DNA of 64,000 bases from Lingula anatina (GCA_051362555.1 CM120644.1:10686567-10750566), one strand, 5' to 3'; positions 29,591 to 44,000 are shown, counted from the first letter of the stretch. Numbers and translations are program-made. Notes: generated by a model from the sequence alone, not told the origin.

Positions 29591-29905
29591 CTAAGTCTTT
29601 AGTCATATTACTGTGTTTCATCCTTATTTGAACTTGTTAAGATCGATTGGAGGATATCTTAGGGACGCAGCGTATCTCCAGTGCGGCCTTGAGCCTATAT
29701 GAACTTAAAGAGTCGTCCGATAATAATTGATAGATTTCACCTTTTATGACCGAACAACTCAAACTGCGGCTGTTTTAGTCATACATGCAATGTTCGCTGT
29801 CGAGGTCAATTCAAGTTGATTATTTAAGTTTACCGTGCCGCTCACTTAATTTAATTTTGTGGCACCAAAGGACATTTGACGTACTGGTACATGTAGTTAA
29901 TACCA

Positions 29906-29909
<4 letters not shown>

Positions 29910-29936
<27 letters not shown>

Positions 29937-29961
29937 GCTACTACTACATGTACTGCTGCTG

Positions 29962-30001
<40 letters not shown>
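29910..30001. repeat. (CTA)n microsatellite, interrupted
   Basis: Directly visible; source of the poly-Leu ORF 29785-30033. Confidence 0.9.
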
Positions 30002-30942
30002 ATTGTACTACTGATATTAATAATAAAGTCTAAAATACATTTTAAATGTCCAGTAAGCTTTACAAAATAATGATTTATGAAATGTGCACACAATATTAAT
30101 GAAAAAAACTTCAACAATCATAAATAAACTACAAAGTAAGTGGTCAGACAAAATGCACTTTATTCAGCCACTTTTTTTTTCAAATATAAGCTCACAAAAT
30201 TGTCACCTGTCTCTGTGATGTCCAAGTGTACTAGAAAACTGACCCGTTAGTTAGGTCTGAAGTTGCAAAGTCGTAATTTCAGCAGGTTGTGTAATAAAGG
30301 CGGTGATGCCATATATAACAATCGTGTTGTAACACGTGGAGGGGCAATGTCAAGCACGTTAATTGCACGCGGACGTCAAGTTTACATCGAAAAGCGAGAT
30401 CGTTACCTTAAAGGTTGTTTATTTTTCGTCTTCAGTCCTCAAAATGTATCTCCGAGAGGAGATGGAGTAAACAGATGACGTTGATGTACAAATACGCACA
30501 TTATGTCATAGTTCAATTTATTTTCACGTTATGTTGATAGTAAACTTTTTGGTGAAATAGTTTAAGACGAGGAGGCCGTCAGTCATGAATATGACATTCA
30601 ACGCTCTGGAAAGACACAAAATCAAAATATATGAAAAAATTCAGTCTGTTTATTAACTGAATGAAGTATTAAAATTTAAAAATGAATTAGTAGACCTTTC
30701 ATTACATAATAAATATAGGCTCCAATCTTTTCCTCAATACATCCCTCAGTATCTTTGTACCTGATATTGACATGCTCATGACATAGGTGAATGACACATG
30801 CTTTGAACCCGTAGACAGGTATTGCGTAAAACAAATCCATATAGGCTCCTACACATCAGCCTTATCACACCTTACATAAAAGTCGCCCAAGTCTAGACAG
30901 TTGGATCATTCGTGTACATCGAACTGAAAGATCTGAATTACC

Positions 30943-32220
30943 ATGGCCATCTACAGACTTTCACTGTGTACGCTATTGTTCATAATATTTGTTCGTTGTG
31001 AAAGTCTCACCTGTCCTAACATGGAAGACATCCGGACAGAGTTTGTTACTACTCAGTTTAATTTGACCAAGTTTGAAGGGGTTTGGTAAGTTGTGTTAAT
31101 TGTTTTATTTCTTTTTTCAAAAACAATTTGCCAGTGTCTGACGTTGCATTCTCCTTAGAAAAAGAACGGTTCCCTGTAAGGTAGATGTATAGGTCATTTA
31201 GACAGACATGAAACAAAATGCAAAATGTATATTCTTTCGCATGAAAATCGTACAGCTATTGTTGTTGCTATTGTTTTTTTTTTTTTTTTTTTTTCGACTA
31301 ATACATACTTTATTCTTTCTAAAAATCCCGTCAATCATAGAGCAATTCCTTTCATTCTAATTTTACATTTGTTTTATTTTTAGGACATTATTGATGGATA
31401 CATGAGCCAATTCAAGAATATCAATTTTCTACCAATTTAATTATTAAATTGATGATTTATTTAATGCCCTTCGTTCAGTCTCTTACTTTCTTGCGTCTAA
31501 GCTCAGCAGTTAAAACTCAGTAAACCACGTTTCAGGTATGAAGCCGCCTATCATGATTACACTATGCCGTCCTCATGCCGTTGTCAACGATCAAACAAAA
31601 TATACAAACCAATGGCGAAAATGCTGTACGATCACTTCAGCGTCGAGTGCATGGGGCTTCTCTATCTAAACACGCTTCACGTCAAGGTCACCAATGTCAC
31701 AGGTTATATGAAGGTCACTTGGCCGCTTGTACCATTCATAACGTTCCCTAGCACGGTGGTGGCGGTGCACGTCGATGGAGGCGGCAATTACGAGTGGCAT
31801 ATTGATTTCCAGTGTGTTCAGGTACGTTATTAGTTATAGCGAACATCTAATATTGGTTTATTAGATCTTAGGTTATAGGTTCGTTATCATTATCAAGTGT
31901 CAGGCCTGGAACAGGCATCGGCGATCAGTCCTCCAGTTTACTCTATTTTCAGTGAATTGGATGAGCTCGTTATTGTACAGTTGTTACTTTGTTGCGAAGG
32001 CATAGGGGCTATCCATGTATGTTGTTCTTCGTTTAACTCTACTTCTTCTTTCTTCAATTTTTCATAAATTTTGCATTTATGTTTTATTGTTAATTTGATA
32101 GTATTAACACAATATTTTAATTTCTTTATTTACTTAATAAATGTTTTGTGAACTTTACTTACCTCATGAGGATCATAGACAAATTAATTTACCATGTTTT
32201 TGCCACCAATAATTATGATA

Positions 32221-32259
<39 letters not shown>

Positions 32260-32461
32260 CATTCCTCTCAACTTATTTCAGGAGATCAATTTTGTCGGTA
32301 TTGGATTTTACCACAGGCGTAATAACCTCACGCGGACTGAGATCGACACCATGTTTACAGTTGCTAGGCAACAAGGATTAGGAAAATATTTGGACCATGG
32401 AACAAAACTGGTTGTAACCGATCACAAATGTTGCAAATATCCCAAAGAGTTAAAGTTATAG
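30943..32461 (+). CDS. Secreted lipocalin-like protein, copy B (divergent, ~202 aa)
   Basis: Exons 30943-31085, 31536-31821, 32282-32461. MAIYRLSLCTLLFIIFVRCES-LTCPN..FNLTKFEGVWYEAAYHDYT..CRCQRSNK..WHIDFQCVQ / EINFVGIGFYHRRNNLT..DHKCCKYPKELKL*. Confidence 0.85.
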
Positions 32462-35141
32462 CCGAGTGTTCCCATTTTTTTAATTAAAAAATATATATTT
32501 ACAGAACATATGTTATAGTTCAACTCTTTTAAAAATGAACTTTAGATTTGGAGAAGGACTGATTGAACATTTTTACATAGACGTTTATATAACCCTACAC
32601 ATCGAAAGACTGTCATATTTTTAAAAACTTAAATATATGTCGATTTGTTTACTGCTTAAATCCAACTGTGTGTATAGCGTCAGATTTCTAAGGCAAGCTG
32701 TCCATGTTCGATACCCACAAAGGAAAGAGGAAGAAGTCCTCGATCCTAGTTACGGAACTAGGTTACGCAGACGATTATGGCGTGATACATAGAGACCGTA
32801 TATTTTCTACAAAATATAATTTAAAAATAATTGACAGGCCAAATAACACGCCTCCCTTTGTACATGTAGTACGTTTTATATTCATGTCATGAAAATTATT
32901 CAAATAAAGTCGTCAGTTACTTGCAAAATAGCAAACTTAAAAAAAAAATCATGTGTTCCCATTGTTTTAACACATTACCTGGCTTTCGAGAAAGAGAACC
33001 GCCATTCAAAACGCAGAAATCGAAATTTATTGAAATTATAACTTTAAAATCTTATCTTATTTGTCGCCCTAACAACGTGTTTTCAGTTGCAATCATGAGC
33101 AATTCATCTTAGTACGATTTCATATTTGTGTGTAATGACAATGGCAATGGTTTTACTCTTTCGCCAACTTTTTTTTCATTGTAATATCTCTCTCAGATTG
33201 GGTTGTCTGCATATTGTATCATCGATCACAACCGTACTAATCAAGCACTCTGTTTTATTAAAATGACAGGGGGTCGGGACGGTAGACACCGACTGTTGAA
33301 AACACTCTATCAACGTCTACTCGTTTTTATGGGCGATGATTTATTGTCCTGACCCTGTCAATTTCACTCAATCCTTCTTGCTCGCTCATTTCATTTCAAT
33401 AATGTATATTGATTTTTACCATGGATACCCATTAGATAAATATTATTGTGCATGGTGTGACATCGCACATCATCCAATCAGGCGGAATGAGTAGGACTGT
33501 GGGTTTAGAGATGATCACAAGATGTTAGTAATTAGAACGCAAATCATTGGAAAAAAATTTTTTTTTTGCTATTTGGTTTTTATTGAATGTCCCGTTGTGT
33601 AATATAACGTTTATGCATTAGGAAGACTATGGTGGGTTCTGAATATCAAATTCTGGCATTTTTTGAAAAGAGGTTGAGCATATCCTTGTAAAGCGAAAAA
33701 GGTTTCGCTACACGGTACTTTGTCTGAAAGCTATTCCAACAAGAAAAAACACTTAATCAAAATAATATATAAAATAGCAGTGTAGATTCTTTTTCAAAAA
33801 TAGATGCAAATACTTCAACAAGACAGACTGTTTTAACCATACTACTTTTATAGTGATTGTTGCTATGAAGAAATCAATTTGTAAAAAAAAATGAATTAGC
33901 TGAGCACATATTGCGTTTATTTCTCTCCTGGTCCAGGGGTGTCTGCGGACTTTTCCATCGATCACGAGGGTGCTACCCTGTAATCAAGCATTCTGCTCTA
34001 TGACAATGAAATAGGACCGGGGAGGTAGATATACGTACATGTACCCGACAATTTAAAGCAATCTGCATTAACGACGTCTCATTAAATTTTTTATGGGCGC
34101 TGATGTATTGTTTCTACTCAAACATAAGTTAACGAGACGACCCCTATAGAATTAAAACGTTTAATCGAAAAGATATGCCTAATGAATATTGTACATGTGA
34201 ATGGCACGGTACAATATTGAAAACAGAAAAAAACTGACATTAGATCTTAAAACATCAGAGCCATCATAAATGCAGAGAGAGTAGCAGAAACCTCAAAACC
34301 CCTTACGAGATTCATCAAAGCATTGGAAGTGCTTGTAATGCAAGTGGAAACATAAATATAGCGACAGAACCTTTACCATACATGCATTTTTTTTTTAAAC
34401 TTATGATTTAATTGATAGTAATAACTTGCTTTGGGAACAACAATTCACCCGAAACAGCTACGTTTCGCTTTCTAATCCCAAGATCATCGTCAGACTGAAT
34501 GAATTCATCTTTTTGGCATAGTTTAAGGAGTTGATCGCTATTAACTTGATTGCACTGAGTGTTTGCGCACATGCTCGAGTTGTTCGAGTTTGTCTTAAAA
34601 ATGAACATTTTAACAAACACTACCGCAGTTGAGTCCCATGAGGTGCCAGTTACGTTTGAATATTTAAAGTTAATTTGATTCCTCTATTATAATACCAGAT
34701 TCGCAGAGGCAGTCACCGGAAACAAACTATTTGCTTTACATTCATGAGTCTCGAAGTCCCATGTTACATTATTTTCATTCCCTTAGCACTGACAATATCA
34801 TTTTCCATCTATCCATACTTATAAACTACCACGCATTTTGCCCTATCATTCTGACTAAAAGCTTTTAATTAATATATGGATCAGGGCATGTGACAAGTAG
34901 TCATTATAGAACGAGACGCGTTGTACTGATATGTCATTTGCCTAATTGTCAGACCATTGTTTGTTCCACAAGATGAGGTGTAAAACAACATTTCGGTCAG
35001 CCAATGGAAGGCTCTGACAGCAGCACTTGCAACCTCACATTCGGGCCTATCTGGTTTACACAAGTTAAGAGGACGCCGCTTTTTCGCACGTTAACTACTC
35101 GCAACTTCACTTTTAGCGACAAATAAATTTGAGATACGGCG

Positions 35142-38100
35142 ATGACAATGAACAAAAAGACGTGGTCCATTTTTCTTTCAGTTTTTTCGCTTTTCTCTGT
35201 TTGTAGAATAAGTGGCGGCATTAGTCTCTTGAAAGTGTCTGATGCTCGTTCATTATTTCGGGAATGTTTGAAGACGGCCACGTTGAAATTACCGGCGCTG
35301 ACGAACTATAAAGCTTCGAAGTTAATTCAGCAATGTGCGTGGGGCGAGTGTGGAGGACAAACAAATTCACGTGGAAAGGGTGGGACATTAATTACGGACA
35401 ACACTGGGATATGCGGATTTATTCAAAGTCCAAATTTTGGCCAAGGTTCTTATCCCCCGTCATACAGAGAGAAATGGATAATAACAACTACTGAGGGTAG
35501 CGGGGTAAGGTTAAGATTTAACAATTTCTCTCTAGAATATTCAGACTTTAACTGTACATTCGATTATCTTGCTGTATTCATTGGGCCATGTAATGCATCG
35601 CGTCTCTTCGGTAAATTTTGTGGAGGGCTGACGTATCTCAACTCAACGGAACTCATCCTACCCGGAAATAAAATCTGTGTCGAATTTTCCACAGATGGTG
35701 AATGGGAATTCTCCGGATTTCACATCGAATATCAGGCAGTAATCTCAGACTGTCATCAGGTTCAACTACCCACAGTTTTGTCTTCGCACCAAGGCGTGTT
35801 TTATCCAAGAGCAGCGCTTATTTCGACACAGTGCAGCGGTCACGTGGAATATCACGTTCATATTAGAGCCCGAGTTGGCGACCAGATTTCACTGAACTGG
35901 GAAGTATTTTCAAAAATAACACCAAACACATCTGTGCCGTATACATTTCAAGTATACGAAGGACCCCCAGGATCAAGGATAATTTTGCATCCCACAGACA
36001 TGCAGATTCCGCTGCAAAATGGTTCCATCCGCACCATAGGTTGGAATGCATTTTTTAACTTAACTGAGGTAAGGCACACACTGGGTCCAACTCCATGGTT
36101 GTTTGTAGCTCGCTACAGTTCCATCACAATACACTATTCTCCTGGGACAGCATGCCAATCTTCTAAAAACGTTGATGCACAGGCTCATATGACCATGACT
36201 TGTACAGACCTCAGCAATCTGACCTCGATTAGTGTACCTCTAACTTCCGAACAATTGGTTCGACATGATATCGACCTTTCCCCAAATTTCATTTTCAATG
36301 TAGAAAGCGTGTACACGGAGTTTCTAGGTATTTTTCTTGACTTGTCCTCTCCCTCTTACATCCATTCGTTTGTGATAGGCGAAAGATGTCCTTTTTATGG
36401 AATGGTACTTACTGGTTACAGTGAATTCCATAATGAGTCAAGGGTGATGGGACCGGGTTGCACTGACTACTTGTCAGATGTAGAGGGATATTTCAAGCCA
36501 GCTACCTTGTTTAGTCGACTACGTGTAACTTTCTACTGTTACCGATTTGACATTATCAGTGGACCATGTTTTATGCCTAAACGTGTCTTAGCATTCAGTT
36601 TAATCAATAAAGATCTCAGTAAGATCAAGCAGTGGGGTCGGCTTCTGTATTTTGAAGGCAATAACACGTGCCAGATAGGATATAATGAAAGTTCTGGATT
36701 ATCTGAAGCAAATTATGTCACCGTATCGATTGGGACTGATTGTCACATTAAAGGAACATTGTTCATTTATTTGGAGAACCCAAAATATCGGCACACGATT
36801 TTCAAATTTGATACTCCAATGACGATGTATTTTACACTAAATGAGTCATACCCATATGACAGAAAACGGAACCTTTTGTTCAATGAATACATCGATCCAT
36901 TTAAAGGTAAAGTGCTCAAACAGTTTTTTGACTTCGATGGATATATCGGGAAGTTGCTTGTGTCTCAAACTGCCAGTTCCACTTTATCATACTTCTATTC
37001 TCTGTGGCTAAACTCTAATTCGGAAGATGAGAGAAATGTTTTCAGAAGAGAAGATGAGAGAACGCGCAACGAAACGGTAACTAAGTCTTCAGGTGTATTA
37101 CCCGGATTTTGTAGACGACAATATACCCGAATCACATACACAATAACATTAAAAAAGGACAGGTATTGCGAATCATGTTTTTATTCGTTGAAACTTGGAA
37201 TACAACGTTGTTTTTACTTCTACATTTCCATATATATTTATCATCTCAAACTTAAAATAGAAGAATATTCCTCGTCTGCTAGCACTTTAGTAGACGGTCA
37301 TAACGAACTTTCCCAATACCGCATACTCGCCAGAACACCGACGTTCATCGTGAAAGATACCGCATACGCGGATGGCACTATGGAATACACTTGGAACACG
37401 CTTAGCGCATGGAGAGTTAGTATCGTTTTAGAACCTCTTCCAGCTGACTCCTACCTTACGCCTCACAGCTATCCCGATCTTCGCCTTTTTTACGATCTAG
37501 AGAACTATGTCGACATGTCTGACAACTTAACTGGAGATTTTCATTACGGCATCGAAGCGTCATGTATCTTTGGGAAATGTTATAAATTACTTAATTTTGA
37601 TATACAACGACCCCTTTCCTGGCTGAGATCTCGTGAACTGTGCCTGGCCAGTGGAGGCGAACTCCCGACTGCCTTGGATGATAGCACTTTAAAGGCCGTT
37701 TTGAATCAAACTGTTCTTAATAAACAATGGTTTTCGGAGATATATGTCAAACACCGGTTCCTTCTGTTCTTGGGTATTAGGCGAGAAAAACAGGTAAGCA
37801 ATTAAGTGATATAACCAGCCACAGAATATTACATACTTTGTCTATAAACACACACACACACACACACGCACACACACACACACACACATTGCCTGGTCTA
37901 ATATTATGTCCAAGGTTTAGTATCCCGCTTGGCATCTAAAACGTACAGGCCCAAGATATGATATTACCATGCACTAGTATATGAATAGATGAAATCTTAT
38001 TTTATTAACTGTTTTAGAGCGTGCTCCGCTGGATAGACAACACACCACTTGTGTTTTCGGACTGGTACCATCCCAACTATGACAAACTTTTCGTAGAGGC

Positions 38101-41026
38101 ACGCTTTCAAACCGCGGTCAAATATACCAAAGCTGTTCACAACGACTTCGCATTCATGTCAAGGTCAAATATTTTCAACTACAGGCATCCCGTTTATGAC
38201 CACGGTGTAGCATGTGCGGCTATGATAGTCACAACTCCGCACTACTCGTCCAACTGGATCATGATTCCGTGCCCGCAAGAGTTCCATACAGCCTCTGTGA
38301 TATGTGAATACCCAAGACACGCCAATGGAAGCAGTGATCGGCGAGTGTCATCGAAAACGACCAACAATGGAACCTGTTCTGATTTCCAGTTTGAATGCGG
38401 AGACGGAACGTGTGTTTCCATAGATTCTAGGTGTGACGGACGGAAAGATTGCCTGGACGGAAGTGACGAAAATGTCACTTGTCATCCGCTTCATTTTGAG
38501 CGTTGTAAGAATGGGCAGAATCTCCATGTGTCCCGATTCTGTGACAAAGCTACCGATTGTTTGGACAATTCGGACGAAATAGGGTGTATATACCCGCCTT
38601 GTGGCGCACATCAGTTTCGCTGTAACAGCGGAGAGTGCATTCAAATGAGCGAAAGATGCGACTTAATACCTCAGTGTAAGGACGGGTCAGATGAAACACA
38701 GTGCGAAAATATCTACAGGAGTAAATTCTTTTCTTGTTTTTCCGACTCATTCATTCCGTATTCACAGAAACATGATGGCGTGGTAGACTGCCTAGGGCCT
38801 TTCGAAGAAGACGAGATGTCATCGACAGAGCAGTGTGAGGAACAGAACTACGCACGGGCGTGTCAAAACTCCAACTGCGATAAATATTCTTATTACGAAA
38901 AAACATTTTTTCTCAGTGAGCTTCCATCCAGCAGCAGGATTTACAAAAATGACCAGTCGTTCAATGGCAACACGTCTTGTTTTTACAAAAGAGATAAGTA
39001 CGGTGTCCTGTCAACCTGTAGGACTGGTAAGCATCTGGTACAAAACGTCTCTAACCCGTACTCAATGGAATTAAGCAGTAAGGGTTTTAAGCATTATTAT
39101 TTAGATCCTGGTACTTCGCCTTTGTGCCACGGATTCGCATGCCCCAAAGATTTGTATCACCAATGTCCGTCGTCATATTGTATACCTGCCGGAGCTGTTT
39201 GCGATGGTGTCAAAGACTGTCACGATGGCAGTGACGAAATCGCCTGTAACAGCTACTCCTGCCCAGGTATGTACAGATGTCGGGGGCAGAATAACTGTTT
39301 GCCGCAGACACAGGTGCGTGACGGAATCCCACAATGTAAATTGGGGGATGATGAAGAATTCTATGGCTTTCAGTGCCCTCCTGTATGTATTTGTGAAGGG
39401 TTCTCGGTAATTTGCCCAGGAGCAGTATTCAAGAAGTCTCAATACCGGAGTAGATTATTGACTGAGGTGCCTTATATAATAGGAAGAGATATGGTAAGGA
39501 GTCTCAATTTAAAAGATAATCTTATATCAGAGGTTTCATTGGATAACTATACACGACTGTTATATCTTGACTTATCAAACAACTCACTGGTGGAAGTTGA
39601 TGAGGCAGAGTTTCAAGACACTGTTAATCTTCGCAGAATTAACTTGTCAAACAACAACATCAGCATCATCCGAAGTGGCGCATTTTCCAATATGATTTCT
39701 CTTCAAGTGCTGGACATAAGCAACAACCCAATAACCTCCGTTCCGCGGCATTGTTTCCACAATCTTCCTGCTTTGGAACTTCTTGATCTGTCAGCTAATC
39801 AAATACAGGCCCTGGAGAACTGTTCGTTTTATAACGTCTCCGTGGATGTCTTAAACATATCGAAAAACTATGTCCAGTCATTTAACGCCTGGTTGTTTTG
39901 TGGTGGGCACAAAGTGAAGACAATTGATCTGTCTCAGAACCCATTGGAGGTTAAACAAGACCAGGCGCCGGTCGATGTTGACATAATCATTGTAGATGAG
40001 TTCGGTGTCTGCTGCATGTTTTATCAGTCGAATTTATGTCAGTCACAGGTTGATTTTTTTGCTTCATGTTCAGATATGTTTAGTGATAACGTAATTATGT
40101 ACTATTGCTTAGGTATGGTTTTTGCTGCTGTGGTGTCGTCCATAGGATTGCTAAAATCGTATTTAAGGCTGACAGGATTTTTTCTGATGAAAGAATTTGC
40201 CGTTGCATTGAATATCGTTGAAATGCAAATGATTATACCAGTTTTGATAATATTTGTTAACAGCGTGCGGATGACAGATACCTATTTTACCATGTCCAAT
40301 GCCTGGCGAAAGAGCCCATCTTGTCAAGTTGCATCGTTTTTCTATATTTTTCCTCAGGTTTGTGTTCCTTTATTAGTTTTTTTCTCTGCTATACACGCGA
40401 TCGTTGGACGTATCAATGGAATCGAAAAACCACACTTGTTAAAGCGCACATTGTGCGTTGGCATAATTGCTGTCCTCGCTTCGTCAACTTTTCTTGGTGT
40501 TCTTTTATCAGTGAAGGTTGAAATCCACTCCAGCTCCTGCTATCCTTTTGTTTTAAGCAGTCTTATAACTGAGATTCAGTATGCGGCTTTAGCTATTGAA
40601 ATCACATATCTATCCATGTTCGTAATTTCTGTAACGACTTTTGCGGCAATTTTCCTGTATTTGTTGTGTTCTCTGAGATCTCCATCTTCGTTAAATGATT
40701 TTCACAGTGTTTGCTGCTGTTTTGAAATTGCATTGTCTGACGTCATACGTTGGTTCCCGTTTGCTGTCTCGTGCATCTTGCACTTTATGAACACGCCAGT
40801 GTCCGAGAACGCTGCTCAGTGGATGCAAATGATTGTGCTTAACATGAGGCCGGTGGTATGTGCCTTTATGCATATTTGTTTGCAGCCTTTGTGGAACAAA
40901 GTTGGGCGCTCGTTTTTGAAAGGTTTTAAAACCGCTAATTCCGAACGATCGACATCGGATCATGAGTGGACAAGGGCAGGGAGTACATGTATGACAGCAG
41001 ATGGACATGAAAATACGAGGTTATAG
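35142..41026 (+). CDS. GRL101-like (LGR type C) rhodopsin-class GPCR: signal peptide, CUB, degenerate CUB, C-type lectin, ~6 LDLa, LRRs, 7TM (~1886 aa)
   Basis: join(35142-37793, 38018-41026), phase-0 intron cag/GTAAGC..TTTTAG/agc inside the lectin domain. CUB: [51 protein letters not shown]: [32 protein letters not shown]. LDLa modules ending [28 protein letters not shown], LDLSxN repeats, CC hinge, then seven hydrophobic segments. Confidence 0.9.
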
Positions 41027-44000
41027 AATAAATACACCGTATGAGCCATCGATTTACACTGCACATCGAGACGATATTGTACACTTCGTTAAGCTTTTAA
41101 GACATTGAGGTTAGCTAAAGTTAATGAAAGTTAATGGATTTTGTATATCTTTACATACAGGTACTGGTATATTGGCTTAGGTGCCAAAAGCGTATTTTTT
41201 GTTTTTCTAATATTTTGCTAGTTGATTGACTTTGTTTGATGTACATGCCCGTTGAGGTAAAAGATCAGTATGGTCAGTTTATTCCACAGAACTAGCAAAC
41301 ACATTTGGTGTTGTTTTGTAGCACTGTTTTCCATGTTCTTTATCCAAGTACACTGTGCTTTGAAAGGGATTGGCACATATTCGAATTGTATCAAAATAGA
41401 ATAGTATTTTGTTTTAAGTTTAAATGCGTATACGGCAGTTAGTAACCCGTTCCAATTTTCTGACTTACTAGTATTTGAATATTTTGGTCGCTTCATCTTT
41501 GGTGTAGATGGGAATGATTTAAACCAGCAAATCCATTGAAGATCAAAACTGTATTCATAGTTCATAAAGCCATGCGCTGTAAAACTTGCAAATGTGGACT
41601 TTTTATTATTTACTTGAATGTAACATATTTAGATCTACATACATAACGGATAAATTGAAATGACTTGTACAGGTGTCTGTATATTTGCCAGCATCGCTGT
41701 CTAATTTGCATTAGTGTCCACAATGTTAAAGTGTTTTCCACAGTCTCAGCACAATGGCATAATGATATTTGCATTTTCAGAGGTTTTAAAGAACAAGTTA
41801 GAGTATACTTAATGGAATTTGTATGTGAATAATTTCTTAGGCCTATATTAATTTTCGTTCCCTTTCACTATTGTAATTAAATGTTATTACATAATAAAAT
41901 TTTCAAAACGTGTTTATGTCGTTATATGTACATATATCGATATATTTTAATGTAGAACAGCTTCATTAGTTATGTTATTGTAATAGACCTGTGAAGATTT
42001 TTTGTCTATAGCTACTTAAATTTGTCTAGTCTTACCAGCCAATATTTCGTCTGCTTGCAGTCAGACGTCACCAGGGAATGAGGTTGTGGTAGGTGTGACA
42101 ACCTATCAGCCCCTCTGGTGTGCTATTTGACAGTAAATAATGATGCACAAATGCAAATTTAAATGTAAATTTTAATGCACAAATTATTACATAATAATAT
42201 AATATAATGCTTAACACCAAAATCGCCACCAAATTCGCTCAGCTCATATATATATGGTGGCCTGCGTTAATTTCCCTTCTATTGGTAGCCGGTAATGCGT
42301 GTTTATCGATGTTGTATTGGTATTCATTTTTTGTTTACATTTTCCATTTTATATCACTCTCTTGCATGAAAGGTAGGACTACATGCACCTGTATAATATA
42401 TATATGATGGCTTAACAGATGCGTTCAGTAATTTTCTGCCATATTCGATTGTGAAATGAAATCCACTACGGGTTCTTACTGCTCTGGGTGACGATGGAAA
42501 CAGTTAAGTCCGTCACATGCCTACTGGTAATGGTGACGGTCATTAAGGAGACATACGGGCACCAGTATTACCACTCCTGTCCGAGAGTCTCGGACATCCA
42601 GACCCGCTACGTTGCCACTCACTTCAATCTGACCAAGTTTCAGGGGATATGGTATGTAATCTGAGTATTTGAAAACTAAAAACAAAATAAAGGGCACTTA
42701 GGCCTACATGCATAGATAGAATAATCACCTGTACAGACCTATAGTTAAAACAGTAGGCATATGCGTTATGTTTTTTGTAGTACTGGGCGAAGGTAGCATA
42801 ATTGTCAAAACATCAACTGTACATTCACTATACCAGATACACGAAGTCGTTATTGATAGTCTTATGAAATGGACCCATATTCAAAACGAAGGCCCTATAG
42901 CCTCCCAGCAGGCACACAACGTTGATTCAACGTTGAATCAACGTTGATTCTCAACGTTGAATCAACGTTGAATTTGTTTGAAAACGGAAGTTTGTGTCAA
43001 CGTTGAAAAGTCAACGTTGAATCAACGTTGGCAATTCAACGTTGTTTCAACATTAGAATTCTCAATTAACGTTGATTATATGTTGATTTAGCATCGATTA
43101 TATCTTGATTTAACATCAAATAAAAGTTGAGACAAATAGCATTTTCAATGTCTTTATTTTGTCACTGCATAAAAGGAAAAATGCTGCTAATTTAAGTAGT
43201 TAAAATATACATAGTTTACAACATAGCAATAATAAATAAAAAACTAAGAACAACACTTTTTTTTTACAAAACAAAGCTGCACATCGAATCTGAACTAAAA
43301 CAAAAATTGTAATTAATTATGCATGTACATAGTGGGGGGGGGGGGGGATTTTTGCACACCTTAACCTAAATTATACTATACATTGTCATTTTTAAAGTAA
43401 ATTATAATTCAAACATATCATTAATAATCATAATCACTAGTTCTGTAATAAATAAATCTTGAATAATGAATGAAAAAACATTGTTTTTTAGATGACAGAG
43501 AGTTCATTATAACAAAATTATAAATAACCATGCAGTAACTGTTTCAATTAAACTTGCATGCTGTCTACATACATGCAAGCTCTGAAACAAGAATTATGTA
43601 TACCCCATAGATATAGATGTACAATAAAAAGACAATTACATGTGCACAAACACAAACCCCAGTATATTGTTGATGCTTTTGAATGAAATTACATCATGAA
43701 TAAAATCAATCAATGAGTTGAACCAGTTTGGAACACTTGTGCTTTTTTCATATCCATATCACTAAGAAATGATACATCAGGCTCCTTGACAAGCTAATAA
43801 TAATTAAAGGAATTAACAATGTAACAAGTACATCTACCAAATTAACAACAGCTCATTTTAAATGTCAGGTAAAAACACAACATCCCTTCCTTTGTTAAAG
43901 AGAATTAAACTGTCCTTTCAAATATATGCTAATTGACAGTTCAGTCTTTAAATTGTCTTTTCAAACATTTGCAGAATAACATATGAACTCCAACTATAAT

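Noticed and set aside
29155-30033. YIYI-repeat and poly-Leu ORFs
   Set aside because: Translations of (TA)n and (CTA)n microsatellites.
38242-41008. Several ORFs overlapping the GPCR exon
   Set aside because: Shadow frames of the long coding exon, with no independent motifs.
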